In this document: piece by piece, positions 36,801 through 52,945 of the stretch
Numbering within the stretch: the first letter of the stretch is position 1
Layout: each line of letters opens with the position of its first letter
Origin: Felis catus
Lineage: Eukaryota
NCBI RefSeq assembly: GCF_018350175.1
Contig: NC_058369.1
Span: 20,214,001-20,278,000 of the forward strand
Length of the DNA: 64,000 bases
Direction: 5' to 3'
Notes under the pieces: generated by a model
What the model was told of the DNA's origin: nothing
What the model saw: only the letters and a program-made list of their open reading frames with translations
Databases searched by the model: none
Program-made: the position numbers and the translations under genes

Positions 36801-37997
36801 AAGCAACTCCCTGAAGTGGGGAAGGGGCCCAAAACAGACTGTGGAGAAAGTCTCCTTCCTTTTGGTCTGGTACCAGGCATCAGTAAGGGTGTCAGGAGGT
36901 TGTTAAATAATTTTCAGAAAACATTTGTAGCAGGCTCATAAAACTTCAAGATCTTGATTCCTTTCTACTCAAAAAAATCAAACCACACATTTTGATTGTG
37001 TGTAGAGGTTGTTCAACTAAAGGAACATCTACTAATTTTTTAATTAATTAAATAGTGATATATACTACTACATACCTATTAAAATGGCCAAAATCCGAAA
37101 TACTGACAACACTAAATGCTGGTAAGGATGTGGAACAATAAGAATTCTCATTTGCTGATGATGAAAATGCAAAATGGTATAGCTCCTTTGCTAGAGGGTT
37201 TGTCAGTTTCTAATGAAATTAAACATACTCTTCCCATACAATCTACCAACTGAACTCCTTAGTATTTACCCAAATACAAAAGCCTGCACATCAATGTTTA
37301 TAGGAGCTTTATGTATAGAGAATGTAGTATGAGCCCACTTGACGGGAAAGATCTGCTGAAAGTCAGAAGTTTAAGAAATTCTTCACAACTGATACAGACA
37401 CACCACATAGGCAAACACCCAGCATAGTATGACCGTAACTTAAAATCCCCTATGAAAAAAAGCAAACTAATATTCTGTGAGACATACTACCTACCCACAT
37501 TTTATAAATGCTTAATTTCCAAAAGCATCAAAATCTTCTACTTATAAGCTCCAATCCATTACTGTGAAAAAAGACTATGCTATAAAACTGAGAAAATGCA
37601 AACCACAACTTTATAAAGCTTAAGCCATTTCTGTGACCCATCTCAGCAGATTGATTCTTCTGTTTTGTATTGACATTGGGAATATGGGGGCTGCTCATCC
37701 TAAAGCCACACAAAGCACTAGTCCTGAAAGTGAGTTCAAAGAAATCTCTAAAACAGTATCAGAGATTGCTAACATCCAAATTAATCTATAAACGGAACTC
37801 ACAGAACTGTCAGGAACTGGGGTTAAAGTTTTATAATAACAAAAATCTACTTTCTTCAAAGTTTTAGTTAGTGATTTTAGTGACAACAAGCCTGCAGAAT
37901 ATGCCAACAGGTAACAAAAGCTGATATTAAAAAAAAAGCCTTACAGCAAAAACCAGAAGACCATAACGTCTATAAAGTACAGCAACAAGAAATCTCA

Positions 37998-38144
<147 letters not shown>

Positions 38145-38644
38145 TTAGTTTTCAGAAGGCCCACATCTACATCTCAGTTATAACTCGCACCCATGCACCT
38201 TGACCCTGTAACTGTCAAAGTTTCTGATACCCAAAATTCTTGAACTAACTCTGAAAATGTTATACGCAGGCCACAGAAAGGGAAAGAAAACAGGATAAGA
38301 AGGCTTTGGCAGGGAAAGCAATATTAAGCAAAAGAGAGACCACCATCCTCAGAATGAACCTGTCTTGCTCTGTCAAGAGATCCAGACTCCTCTCAGAAAG
38401 GGAGCACAGTGACTCCAAGATATTAGAAGATGGGACTGTCCATGTTGTTTTATACTGGAATTTTCTTATTATTTCTCTTACAATGTAGATCTCTCCATCA
38501 AGCAAGTAGGTTATCAATAATCTACCTTTGGAAATGCATCAACTTTAGAACACATCTTAGATCAGACAAAATGCCTGTAGTATAACTTGAAAATGATCCT
38601 AAAGATCAAAACAAAACAGCAGGGTTTCTGCTAGCTCCCTTTAC

Positions 38645-38718
38645 CTCAATGACAGCAAGATAGCAGTCTTTGGTGTCTGTACACAGGTCAAAGATGTTCC
38701 GTTTCACATCAATGGTTG
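38645..38718 (-). CDS. DCAF1: DCAF1 exon, WD40 region ([25 protein letters not shown])
   Basis: AG/GT boundaries, 74 nt, phase consistent. Confidence 0.95.
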
Positions 38719-38926
38719 CTGGAAAACAAAATGTGTCAAGACTCAGGATTGGACTACTGCTCTGACCTTAAAACCAGTTTTTCCTCTAAAGGAATTTCAA
38801 GGTGATTGCTCCTAAATAGTTCCATAACCTCTTGGCTTTTCAATGAAGAATTACAGAAAAGGATGATCTTAAATATGGAAAACCAAAACATGACAAAACG
38901 AACAATGTCTGCCCCTTCAAGCTTAC

Positions 38927-39031
38927 CTATAGGTTTGTAGTCAGTTGCATTAAATGTTCGGAAGGATGATCCAAAAGGGCTTTTCATCCTCTCTTCCATT
39001 AAGTCATCCTCATCATCTGCCTGCAACATAG
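38927..39031 (-). CDS. DCAF1: DCAF1 exon ([35 protein letters not shown])
   Basis: AG/GT boundaries, 105 nt. Confidence 0.95.
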
Positions 39032-39445
39032 CTAATTGGGAGGAAGGGGGAAAGGGGGCCAAGGAGCAAAATACTTTTAGAAATCAGAAACATCCCCTAT
39101 TCATAAGTGCAGAAAATATTAATGGACAATCAAGACTTCAGTGAGTTTCTCTGTAGTAAATTCATTCTATCTAATTAGTTCCTTTCAACGTATCCCACTA
39201 GCATACCCCCGAACAGTATCCTCAACCTTTCATCTAGCTCCCAACAAGTGTTATAGCTAAAGGCCAGCAACATCATAAAAGCACAAATGCAACAAGTTCG
39301 TAAGGATACAGATGGGAAATTAATGCATGAAATGTCTTTCTGTACAAGATATACTTGTTATCTTCACCCTAAATCAACACTATTTTCATCAATAAACTTT
39401 GTCACCATTTGTGCTATCATTTTATCTTTTATGTTACAACCTTCA

Positions 39446-40754
<1,309 letters not shown>

Positions 40755-41829
40755 CTAACAATTCGAAGAGAAGCTGTGTAAAATATCTCTCCATGCTTTC
40801 CAAATCCCAACAAAATCACAAAAGCCCTAATACTGTAGAATACCTGGAAAGTATGAAGAGTACACCCATCCAAGCAATGTTTAAGTGCTTTGGTTCCCAT
40901 TCAAGGTTTGAAAAGTCTCTTTCCCACAAGAAAATGAAAAGAGAGATGGCAATAAGGATAAGAAAACCCTCTTCTACCCCTCCCCCTTTCAAGAAACAGA
41001 AAATGTTTCTACAATAGAAACTGAGAAATTAAATTCATATGGATAGACCAATGATTAACCATAGAATACTATTAAAGAGCCACTTTTTGAAGAAAGGCAT
41101 CAATGACATACCCCTTTCTCCTTAAAAATCTCCCAATATACATTTTTAGCCCTACAATAGTAAAAGTTCCAAATGTACAATGTGCAACCCATACAGAGAC
41201 CAGATCTTTCCCATCACCTTACACACATGCTGTAGTATTTCCAATCTTTAAAAAAAAAAAAAAAAAAAAGAATCCTCCTTTAATATAGGAACAATAAGGA
41301 GACACAAGAAAACAATCAAATCAAGATCATGAGACAAGACAACTAGCCTGGTCTCTTCAAAAGTCAATGTCATGAAAACTGGAGAAATGGTTCTTGGCTT
41401 TAAAACATTAGTAAGACATAACAACCAATGCAATATGTGAATCTTGGCTGGATCCTGGTTCAAAAAACAAAAAACAAAAAACAAAAAACAAAAAACAAAA
41501 AGCATTTGAAACCAAACACATCAGGAACAATAGGGAAAACTGAGTATGAAATGGATATTAGATGATACTTGGGAATTACTATAGATTTTCTTATATTTGA
41601 TAAGAGTATAATTATGTAGTAAAATATCCTTATTGCTAAAATATGCATGCTGTAAGACTTAGAAATAAAATGTGTTTGCAACTTACTTTCAAATGATTCA
41701 GAAATACATACATATTAACACAGGAAGAACATATGGTGAAATATTAAACTGATGAATCCAGGTAATAGGTGTATGTACTATTCTGTCAATTTCTCTACAT
41801 ATTTTAACATTTTCAAATGAAAAGTTTGA

Positions 41830-42800
41830 GAAACCCTCCCTTCACAACCCCATATTCCCACCATTACCCTCAAGCTACTACACCCCACTTTTCTGTTTTT
41901 CTGCAAAAAACAGTTCAGAAAACTTGTCTCTACTCAGTGTCTCCACTTTCCTGTTCTCTCATGAGAACAGATTTTCACCCCAGTGCACAGAACTAGCTCC
42001 TGACGAGGTTAACAAGAAGATCCATATTGTTAAATCAAAGGTAATTCTCAATTCTCATCTTATGAACTCATTAATAGTTTCTGACCAGTTGATCAATTCT
42101 TCCTTCAAAGGATCTTCCCCCTTGCCTTCTGGGGCACATCTTTTTCCTGAGGTCTCCTGCTGCCCATTATTTTTGGTCTCCTTCTCAAGTCCCTCCCTCA
42201 CATGGCAAATTCGAAATATTGGCATATGCCAGGACTCTGTCCCCTAAGTTCTCTTCTCTAGCCTCCTTAACGATTTCATCTAGTCTCATGGCTCTATCAA
42301 CCCGTGAATAACTCCTATATTTATATCCCCTATCCCAGACCTCTCTTCTGAACTCCCGTTTTGTATATTCAACTACCCATTCCCTACCTGAATGTCTAAT
42401 AACAAACTTCCTGTGTCCAAAAACCCAGAGCCCGGCTGTATCACTTCTCATCACCTGTACCATCCCCTCCTGGGCCCAGCCCCACTACAGTCCTCACATG
42501 TGAGCTGGCCCGACACACTCCTAACTGGAAAGCCTGCTCTTGCTTCTCTCACAGAAACCAGACTCACACTTTAGGAACTTGACATCCCATCATGTGTCCT
42601 CTGCTCAGCCTCCAGGGCCTGCATCTCACTCAGAGAAGCCAAAGGTCCTAACAACACCCTATATATAAGATGCTACTATGATATGCGTCACCCATTCCCC
42701 CACAACACTGAGCTGAGCTCTTACCCCTCTTCCCTCTCCCACCTCCAAAGGGCTTTTCCCTCGGTCTTAAAACACTTTTCCCCCCAGATATCTGCATGAC
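41830..42800. mobile_element. L2-like relic
   Basis: Pyrimidine-rich diverged sequence (cccagacctctcttctgaactcc...atattcaactaccca) typical of L2. Confidence 0.5.
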
Positions 42801-42825
42801 ACTTCCTTCAAAGGGAAAGGTTCCT

Positions 42826-43260
42826 GGGATGCCTGGGTGGCTCAGTCAGTTAAGCATCCAACTTCGGCTCAGGTCATGATCTCACAGTACGTGAGTTTGA
42901 GCCCTGCACTGGGCTCTCTGCTGTCAGCACGGAGCCCAGTTCAGATCCTCTGTCCCCTCTCTTTGCCCTCCCCTGCTTGTGCATGTGCACTCTCAAAAAT
43001 TAAAAAAAAAGGGGGGGGGCACCTGGGTGGCTCAGTCGGTTGAGCCTCCAACTTCGGCTCAGGTCATGATCTCACAGTTTGTGAGTTCAAGCCCCGCGTC
43101 AGGCTCTGTGCTGAAAGCTCAGAGCCTTGAGCCTGTTTCGGATTCTGTGTCTCCCTCTCTCTGTCCCTTCCCCGCTCATGCTCTGTCTCTGTCTCCCAAA
43201 GATGAATAAATGTTAAAAAAAAAAAAAATTTTTTTTAATAAAAAATTAAAAAAAAAAACA
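42826..43260 (+). mobile_element. Two tandem CAN-SINEs
   Basis: Heads at about 42826 and 43015. Confidence 0.88.
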
Positions 43261-43694
43261 ACATTCCTTAAACATCACCCTATCAGTGATACTGACCATC
43301 CTAGATAAAAGAGAAGTCCCTCACAGCACCATCAAGCACTTCCTAACTTTTACCCTGCTTTCGTTTCCTTGGCAGCACTTACCACCTGACATACCATATA
43401 TTTGCTTCTCTATTTGTCTCCCCAGTGAGGCTTCATAAAGGCAGGGACTTATATTTCATCTAAAACTTAGTAAGTATTTGAAAATAACTGCTGTACTAAT
43501 CATACCTTTCTTAAGTTGTCGGATTAGTTCATGTTTGGTCCCACATGGCTTATAACTACTTTACTACACTTCTAGATTTTATCTGGAAAGAATATCACTA
43601 AGTAATTTCTTGCTGCCCTTAGGACTGCCCTTCAGTCCAGAAGTTTTCATTACAAACAAATGGGCATAATCAGTTTGAAAGCAGTGGATTCTTA

Positions 43695-43880
<186 letters not shown>

Positions 43881-44310
43881 CTATACTCATCTGAGGATTC
43901 TCAGCAACCAAAGAGGAAAAACTGTATACTTAAGGTTTAAAAAAAAAAAAAAAATCCCTCCATCAGTTTAACCAAGCAGATCCAAAAGAATTAATTAATT
44001 AGCAGGAATTACTTTGTTAAAAAAAAAATGGATAACAAGCCACACGTCTTTGAACATACCCCAGCAAAGAGTACAACTATCATATGTGAACATGAGAAAT
44101 TACACAGATGTGCCATTTTGGATTAGTGAAGGGTCAGCTGTGTGATGGGACTGGTAAGAATACTTGGTAAGAATATCTCAGAATTAAGGATAAAACCTTA
44201 TTAAACATGAGCAACAGACAAGGAAGAGAGAAGTTAGCAATAACTCGCAGCATTCGTCTTTTCCCAAAAGGCTTCAAGTTGAAGAATCGGATGAAGGGAA
44301 ATATAAATTA

Positions 44311-44442
<132 letters not shown>

Positions 44443-44864
44443 CTAAAAGAAGAAGGAGGCCCAAGGTGGGTAGTCACATGCTTATATAAATGCTGTCTGC
44501 CTGTAGCATTTTAACATACAAGCTCAAAAATTATTATTGTATTATATAGAAAATAGAAAAACTACGAAGAACCAAGAAGTGTTCGAAACTGCTGGGATTT
44601 AAGTATGTGCACATGCAATGTCCTAAAAAAATACCTAAATTTAAGAAAAGACTAACTCCTCCTGAGCTAGTAACAAAAAATACAATAGTTCCAAGGGTAG
44701 GGGAAGAAAAAAACTTGGAAAGATGTCAAAGATGGTTCCACCTTTCTTAACATTTGGCCATATATCTCAGTCTCCCTCACCTGAAATATCAGTCAAGTGA
44801 AAACATTTCTTAGACTTTCTTAGCTAACAACTCTTAGGATTTTTTCAAAAAGAAAGCCCATTAA

Positions 44865-45080
44865 GGGGCCCCTGGGTGGCTCAGTCGGTTAAGCTTCCGA
44901 CTGCGGCTCAGGTCATGACTTCGCAGTTCGTGGGTTCAAGCCCCTGGAGCCTGCTTTGGATTCTGTGTCTCCCTCTCTCTCTCTGCCCCTCCCCGGCTCA
45001 CACTCTGTGTGTGTGTCTCTCTCTCAAAATAAATAAACATTAAAAAAAAAATTTTTTTTTAAATACTTTAAAAAAAAAAG
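44865..45080 (+). mobile_element. CAN-SINE with internal deletion
   Basis: SINE consensus; flanking aaaaagaaagccca repeat. Confidence 0.85.
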
Positions 45081-45359
45081 AAAGCCCAATAAAGGCTGAG
45101 TCTCCTTTACTCTAGTATCAGGAAAACTATCCTTGTCATCTTAACAGTCCTAACTTTTAGAAATAAAGGTGTCAATTCCATCCACAGAATAATACTAATA
45201 AACCATGACCCACTAGAACCATATAATGCTTTTTTCCTAAAAACTCACAGTACTTTGAGATTTATTTCTGACACAAAAAGAAAACTTCTGTGATCAGTTT
45301 CCATCTGAGACAAATTAAAAAAGAAAGGTTCACACACACATACACATACGACTCTTAGA

Positions 45360-45570
45360 AGAAGGTTGGCAAGCTTTTTTTTACTTAAAGAGCCGAACAG
45401 TAAACACATTAGGCTTTGTAAGCCATATGGTCTGTGTCACAACTACTCAACTCTACCACTGTAGCACAGAAGCAGCCACAGACCACACATAAACAGATAG
45501 GCATGGCTATGTTCCAATAAAAGTTTATGTACAAATTAACAGCCAGCCCACAAGCCCATAGTTCCCAAAT
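45360..45570. mobile_element. MER58A-like relic, opposite orientation to the 18091 copy
   Basis: ggctttgtaagccatatggtctgtgtcacaactactcaactct...aataaaagtttat. Confidence 0.6.
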
Positions 45571-45600
45571 CATCAAAGAAGAATGAATGAGAACCACCTA

Positions 45601-45861
<261 letters not shown>

Positions 45862-46442
45862 TCAGAGACAACGCACAAGAACTCCAAAAAAAGAAAACTT
45901 TGCTAAAAGGATGAAAGAAAAATTAAAAAAAAAAAAAAAAAAAAAAAAGAGCATTTATGTTTCAAATGGGTTCTCCCAAAATATCATAGTGACCTTCAGT
46001 GCTTCCTTTGCATTTTAAGTGAGAGAAAAGGACCTCCACTTCCAAGTTTTAACAATAACAAAAGTCCTCATATTTAAAACTTGTGATCCCCTCATCTTTA
46101 TGTGAGATTTGTAAAGAATCAGAACAGGAAACAACTGGACCAGCACAAAAACAAGTTTGGGAGTTTAGTTAGGAACAGAATGTTGCATGAGTTCTAGAAA
46201 ACACACTAGTTGTAACAAGAACACAGAGTATCCTTATCCTAATAATATCCTAACAATAACAATCACATAAGGAACCCCTGGTTGACAAAAGGGGGTACAG
46301 TCACATTACTCATGTATTTACACAAAGTGACAATCACTGGTATTTCAGACCAACAAATAGTCCAGCTTTCTGGAATCATCACACTTTGATTTAAATAGAA
46401 GAATCATTCCAATTCCCAGGTAGTGAGGTGGCCTCTCCTTAC

Positions 46443-47706
46443 CTGCTAAAGATAAGGTGCCTATCAAAGCATCCGCCATCCACCCCTCCATACTTTGGAA
46501 ATGATGCCCTGCGGTTTAGCCTTGAGGTAAAGTTTATTGGCGCTTGCCGCCTCTGTTTTGGCTCAGGACACTGATGAGGAGTAAAGAGGGAGAAAGGTGG
46601 GCAGGTGGCAACTGGGTTCTTGCAGCGAGCATGCTGCTCTCTAAGATATTCTGTGATGATACTGTCCAGCGTAGGTGGGGAAGGAAGATGTCTGTCCAAC
46701 TGCTTTTTTATGGCTGGGCTTTGGCTATAGGCGCCATGGTCCGACTTCTGCCGCAACACTCTGATTTTCCTGCCATTGCAGGGTGATGGCCTCTCTCTGA
46801 TAAAACTGATCCTACCAATCAAGGGGGAATTGCCTGCATAAGATGGGCCAGGCAAGGCTAGTGAACCTTGGGGGGGCCGTGGCTGAGGATGGGCAGTGGG
46901 GGCAGGAGGGGCAGTGGCACCCACAGAAGCATGGCTGCCCAGTCGAGTTGCAATGCCATTGGCGATGCGAGGTGTTCGGGGAAGAGAGACAGGAGAAGCA
47001 GCAGCAGTGACTGGGGTGAAGGCAGAAGAATGAGAAGCGGCAGTCATGGGCAAGTCAGCCTCTTTCGTCAGCACGGTTGCTGTCTCCCCAAGCCCTTTAG
47101 AAATGAGATGGTTACGTATCAACAGAAGCAGCTCTTTCTCAGGGAAGGAAATCCTTGACTGGGCAACAACATCTGCTTTTTGCAGTCGTGCCAGAGACAC
47201 ATCAGTGCCAATGAGAAGAGGCTTTCCTGACACTCGTTCAATGAGCTCAGCAGCATACTTGCAGAACTTGACATGGTCACTGCGCTTGTCCTGCAGCACA
47301 GGCTCCTTCATCAACTGCTGGATCTGGCAGCTGCTGAAAAGGGGCAGTTTGCTGATGATCTGCCGGACAGTGCTACTGCGAGAAAGGCCCACTAGGGCCT
47401 TGCAGGCCAGAGCCCTTATCTGGTCTGCATCAGTGATGGGCATCTTGATGGATAATAAGGACAGGAGCACCTTGATGCCATTGTTGGACTGAACCACATT
47501 CCACATCTTGGCCAGGGTGTGCTCGCTACTTTTCGGAGTCTGAGGCAGCTTTCTCCGAGGAGTTCCAGAGATAAACTTGCCAATACTGGAAATTCGGTTA
47601 TCCGGGCCACAAACACAATTGATGATAATCTGAAGTGCTGACTTCTGAATTTCAGCATCATGGATAAAGAACTCACCCTCAGCCACTCCCAAAATAATGC
47701 TGATAC
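46443..47706 (-). CDS. DCAF1: DCAF1 large exon (armadillo-like repeats, LisH ELLLLIRNHLISKGLGETATVLTKEA, H-box LDSIITEYLREQH)
   Basis: 1264 nt within the 428-aa ORF; AG/GT boundaries, phase consistent. Confidence 0.97.
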
Positions 47707-48477
47707 CTATTGGGGAGAAATACAAAACATTTTATATTGTTCTTCAAAAAACTAACAGCCAAATTCAATGATTGTTCCAGAGTCAAAATTTAGACTTCGA
47801 TTCATTTTGTTCCACCTGAAACTACTGTACCATTTTATTAAAGGACAAGTAACTTTTGGAATAAAATACAATCAGTTCTACTACAATATAGCTTCATGAT
47901 ACAATACTTCATGTGCAGTTGTTAAACAGGGGAATGAGGTCAGTATTATGTGGAAGTTACCAGGGTCATGTGCAATTTTTCCTGGGTTAAGGGGAGCAAA
48001 AATAGCAGGAATAAATTAAAACCTTTAGCAGAAAGGAGAAAATCCCTCAGCCTGGCTGCCACAATGGCATCAGGAACCCTTTCTGCTATATATGAAGAAA
48101 GTTAAAAACAAGTGGCTGCACCTCAGGCTTTCTCCCCAAAGTGGTACACCCCAAGACCCACAGCCAGTCATACCACTTCCCATGCTCACCTTAGCAGGAG
48201 CCCTTACCTGACCTGTTCTTAATACGATACATTTTCCTTTTATTATGTATGATAGCTTCTGTCCATTCTGAGCTGCTTGCCAATTACGGAGTTAGGGCTC
48301 AGATTACAAAGTTGCTTTAAGTTTTCTACTGTCTGCCCTAACCCATTTTTCCCATAAACTTTATTTTTGGCATAGGACTCTGCAGAGTACAGGTTTTCAA
48401 GAATGAACTTGTACCATCATAGCACATGTATCACTTAGAAAACCTGAGTTCACCAGCGCAACTGATTCCCTTATATA

Positions 48478-48700
48478 GGGGCAACTGGGTGGTTCAGTCA
48501 GTTAAGATTCCGACTCGGCTCAGGTCATGATCTCGCAGTTCATGAATTCGAGCCACGCGTTGGGCTCTGTGCTGACAGCTCAGAGCCTGGAGCCTGCTTC
48601 AGATTGTGTGTCTCCTCTCTCTGTCCCACTCCCACTCATGCAGTGTGCATGTGTCTCTCTCTTAAAAATAAACAAACATTAAAAATAATAATAAAAACAA
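48478..48700 (+). mobile_element. CAN-SINE
   Basis: SINE consensus. Confidence 0.85.
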
Positions 48701-48854
48701 ATACAAGTGTATAGCACAACTTAGATGGGACAAGGCATTCTCCACTACTACCTTCTGTTCTAATATTGCAAATCAGGTACACAACTACGGCCAGAATTGC
48801 AAAAGAAAACAAATCCAGACCAAGCAATCACAAAAATGGAAAGGTACAACCTAC

Positions 48855-48979
48855 CTACAGTGGAGACGGTGGAGCCAGCCTCATCTAGCACATCCACTGA
48901 TTCTGCCAACTGCAGCTGGATTTTTGGCACAACAGTGAGAATAGCCAGAACATCCAAAGCAAAGCGCACAGTATCATTC
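48855..48979 (-). CDS. DCAF1: DCAF1 exon (NDTVRFALDVLAILTVVPKIQLQLAESVDVLDEAGSTVSTV)
   Basis: AG/GT boundaries, 125 nt. Confidence 0.95.
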
Positions 48980-49378
48980 CTGGACAGGAAAAACAATTAG
49001 TTAAACGGAAACTAGGAGACAGTCAAAACAAAAAAGTTAAACTGAGATACAGAATAGATCAGAACTACTACCTATGTGGCTCTGTCCCTAGCCAAGACAT
49101 GAAGAGAGCATTTGTAAGTCACCATGACATTACTTTCAAAACAGTGGGGATGGAATTTTCCCCACTGCTAAAATTAAAAACAAAGGATAATCCCCAATGC
49201 TGATAAGGATGTATAAGGACAAATGCTCTCAAACTTTTGGTAGGAGTACAAATAGGACCCTCATTTTGAAAAACAATCTAGAAATAGGAAACAAGATTCT
49301 AAAAATGTGCCTAAGCTTTAGCCCAGGAATTTCACCTGGAAGAATTTGTCCTAAGGAAATAATCAGAAATACAAACAA

Positions 49379-49585
49379 GGGGCGCCTGGGTGGCTCAGTT
49401 GGTTGAGTCATGATCTCACGGTTCGTGAGTTCAAGCCCCGGGCTGGGCTCTGTGCTGGCAGCTCGGAGCCTGGAGCCTGCTTCGGATTCTGTGTCTTCCT
49501 CTCTCTCTGCCCCTCCCCTACTCATGCTCTGTCTCTCTCTGTCTCAGAAATAAATAAACATTAAAAAATTAAAAAAAAAAAAAAA
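49379..49585 (+). mobile_element. CAN-SINE with TSD agaaatacaaacaag, inserted in an old L1 3'-end relic
   Basis: SINE consensus and flanking direct repeat. Confidence 0.88.
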
Positions 49586-50705
49586 GAAATACAAACAAGC
49601 ATTTATGTGTTAAGATGTCCATTATCACATCATTTAAAATAACAAAAGAATTATAAAACCTACACAGATAGTAGGAACACATGTGTGTTAAGTTATAGTA
49701 CACTCATCTGATGAACTATTCTGCAGCTATGGACAACCCTTCTCAAAGAATTCTAAAAGACAAAGGGAGAGGCTCAAAATACAACATTAATAAAATAGAA
49801 AACATAAGATATAAAATTTTAAGTCTGACCATACCAAGTATTGATATGAGAATCCCCATATCCTGCTGTTGAGATGAAAATGGTAAAGCAACATCCAATA
49901 AAGATGAAATGCAGGCACCCTACAATCCAGCTATATACATCATATCCCCAGAGAGACCCCAAAAGGAGGTATGTGGTATCATTCATTTGATAGAAAAAAA
50001 GGAAGTAACAAACACTAAATGTCCATCAATAGGGTAATAAACTAATATAGAAACACGTGAATTCAAATAAATATCAACATATATACATCTCAAAAACACA
50101 AGGTTGAAAAAAGCAAGTTGCAAAAGATGCATACAGGATAACATATAATTTAAAAACATACAAAGGAGTATTATATTATTGCTTATACACACACGTGTGT
50201 GTGGTATAAAAATATGAATGGAGAGATATACTCCAAATTCAGAAGATTGGTCACTATGGAGAGGCAGAAAAAGGAATTGAGAAAGAAGCAAATAATGCCA
50301 CCACATGCCAACACTGCATAGTGGGTTGTTATGTTTGTCTCTGTACATTTTGTATATTGAATTATTTCATAAAAAGATGAATTTGGTTAAATTCTATGAT
50401 CTCAATTAGGTATATTTACACACATTATGGAAAAAAGACTAGAGAAATTAACAGTAGCTGAAAATCATTTCCTTCTCTAAGGATCTGTATATTCTAAACA
50501 GAAACAAGTATTTGATTTTTAGAAACAAACTTTTAAAGGACACATTCCCAATATATTTATGTTTTCTTTGTAATCAAATATGAATTTGCCACTCAAAAAA
50601 TGTATTTATAACATTCCTAGTTATCTTCTGAGCTTTCATCATCTTTTCAACAAAGTTCAAGTGAATATAATAATCTACTTTAATACTCTAAAACAGTGGT
50701 TCTCA

Positions 50706-51190
50706 GGGCACCTGCATGGCTTGGTCAGTTAAGGGTCCGACTCTTGATACTGGCTCAGATCATGATCTCACAGTCATGAGATCAAGCCCCACGTTGGGCT
50801 CACCACAGAGTGTAGAGCCTGCTTGGGATTCTCTCTCTCTGCCCCTCCCCACTCACACTCTCTCAAAACAAATACTTAAAACTGAAATAATAAAAGTAAA
50901 ACACAGTTCTCCAAGTGTGGTTAGGGGAACCCAGTGATCTCTGAGACCCTTTCAGAAAGTCCCCTGATATAAAAACTATTTTCAGGGGCGCCTGGGTAGC
51001 TCAGTTGGTTAAGCATCCTGGTTTCAGCTCAGGTCATCATCTTGAGGTTCATGGGTTCGAGCCCCATATTGGGCACTACGCTGACCATGTGAAGCCTGTG
51101 TGGGATCCTCCCTCCCTCTGCCCTCCCTGGCGCGTGTGCATGCTTTCTTTCTCTCTCTCTCATAAAATAACCTAAAAAAAATTTTTTTAA
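50706..51190 (+). mobile_element. Two CAN-SINEs (about 50706 and 50984) within a probable hAT-Charlie relic
   Basis: SINE heads; cagtggttctc-like terminus before the first SINE. Confidence 0.75.
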
Positions 51191-52124
51191 TTATTTTCAT
51201 AATAATACCAGGGTGTTAGTTTCCTTTCTCACTTTCACTCTCTCACAAGTGGCTACTAGAGCTTTCTGAGGCTATGTCATGTGTGATGTCACAAAAGAGT
51301 GAATACAGAAGCAAATATGAGATATTAAGCAGACATTTAAAAACCTTGCTGAAATCATCTGGTTTTATTCTGGAAACTTTTCATAAAAAATGCTAATGTG
51401 TAACGGGGTTAAGATTATTTTTAAGTAAATTCGTAAGTATTTTTACATTTACTCAGTTTTACTTTCTAATTGTTAAATATTAACAGATTTACCACAAAAA
51501 CAAAAGCTCTTTGGGGTTCTCAATTTTTAATACAATAAAAGGGTCCTGAGACCAAAAAGTTTTAAAATGGCTGCTCCAAAAGTTATCTCCCTAGATTTAC
51601 TATCCTGGCGTTTCACAAACAAGCCATATGCACCCTAAATAAGGCAGTCTTGTCTTTATGACAATGAATGGATAGGGAAAGAAGGTAAAGAATCACTCTT
51701 CATAAACTTTGTTACTGTCTTCTCTTCAGATTCTATCTTTTCCAAAATATAACTTTCTCTGATATCACACTCAAGTAGAACCCACCCAAACTCCTGATTC
51801 TATCAGCTGTCCTTTTCTGAGCCTCATCCTGTTGTGCCCTGACTGCTTTTAACTGAATTGTAAAAATCATAAAAGCACAAAATACAGTTTTCTATGAAAG
51901 AAGATTATGTGTGGCTGTCAGCCAGTAGAGAGATGTTTAAAGTCTAAGTACCAAAAAAAAATACTGAACTGCAGTCTCAAGACAGGACTTCAAACCCACC
52001 TCTGCAGCTGTGTAAATTACATAACTTCTGTAAGAGCACAGACCTTGATCCCCATCTTTTGTGCAGTATTCATAATCATCAGAACCATATATATAAACAA
52101 ACATTCTGTAAATTAAAAATATTA

Positions 52125-52550
52125 CGCCTAGGTGGCTCAGTCGGGTTAAGTGTCCGACTTCGGCTCAGGTCATGATCTCATGGTTCATGGGTTCGAGCCC
52201 CTTATCGGGCTCTGTGATGACAGCTCAGAGCCTGAAGCCTGCTTTGGATTCTGTGTCTTCCTCTCTCCCTGCCCCTCCTCTGATCATGCTGTCTCTCTCT
52301 CTCTCAAAAATAAAGAAAGATTTTTAAAAGTTAAGAAAAAACAGATTATCTTCGTAGGGGCACCTGGATGGCTCAGTCAAGCATCTGACTTCGGCTCAGG
52401 TCATGATCTCATGATTCGTGGGTTCGAGCCCCACATCAGGCTCTCTGCTGTCATCGCAGAGCCTGCTTTGGATCCTCTAACTCTCTCTCTCCACCACTCC
52501 CCCACTAGTGCATGCACACATGCACACGCACTCTCTCAAAAATAAACATT
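52125..52550 (+). mobile_element. Two tandem CAN-SINEs followed by a (TA/TG)n low-complexity tract
   Basis: SINE heads at about 52125 and 52357. Confidence 0.85.
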
Positions 52551-52775
52551 TAAATTATATGTGTATATATATATGTGTGTGTATATATACATACATATAT
52601 ATGTATATACGTATGTATATACACATTATCCTCTTTAATCTACTTTCTCAGATTCACACCCAAAATTTCAATTCAGTTCAACAAATGTTTGCTAAGCATA
52701 CACTATATACAAACCAATATCACCTTAACCAAAAGGCAGAATCTAACTTCATTTAAAACCTCTCTCTAATCCCAC

Positions 52776-52945
52776 CTTGCATAATAGGTCTTCCAATTGC
52801 AGGCAATAGAAATAAGCTGCAACAAGAGTTGAACACAAGAAAGTTTCAGGAAGACTTCAGCTGGTTCCCAATATAGTTGCGCTGGACCATACTCTATCAA
52901 AAACTCCATCATTTCCACAATCTGTTCATGAGTATATGAACACGC
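52776..52945 (-). CDS. DCAF1: DCAF1 exon (ACSYTHEQIVEMMEFLIEYGPAQLYWEPAEVFLKLSCVQLLLQLISIACNWKTYYAR)
   Basis: AG/GT boundaries, 170 nt. Confidence 0.95.

Larger units (their letters stand above)
28280..37320 (+). mobile_element. Old, near full-length, heavily degraded LINE-1 (L1M-type) interrupted by about 12 SINEs and a MER44-like element
   Basis: ORF1-like remnants about 29330-30300; endonuclease remnants (GDFNTPLS, YTFFSSSHETFTKIDDILGHK) 31277-31678; RT/C-terminal remnants to about 37300. Confidence 0.85.
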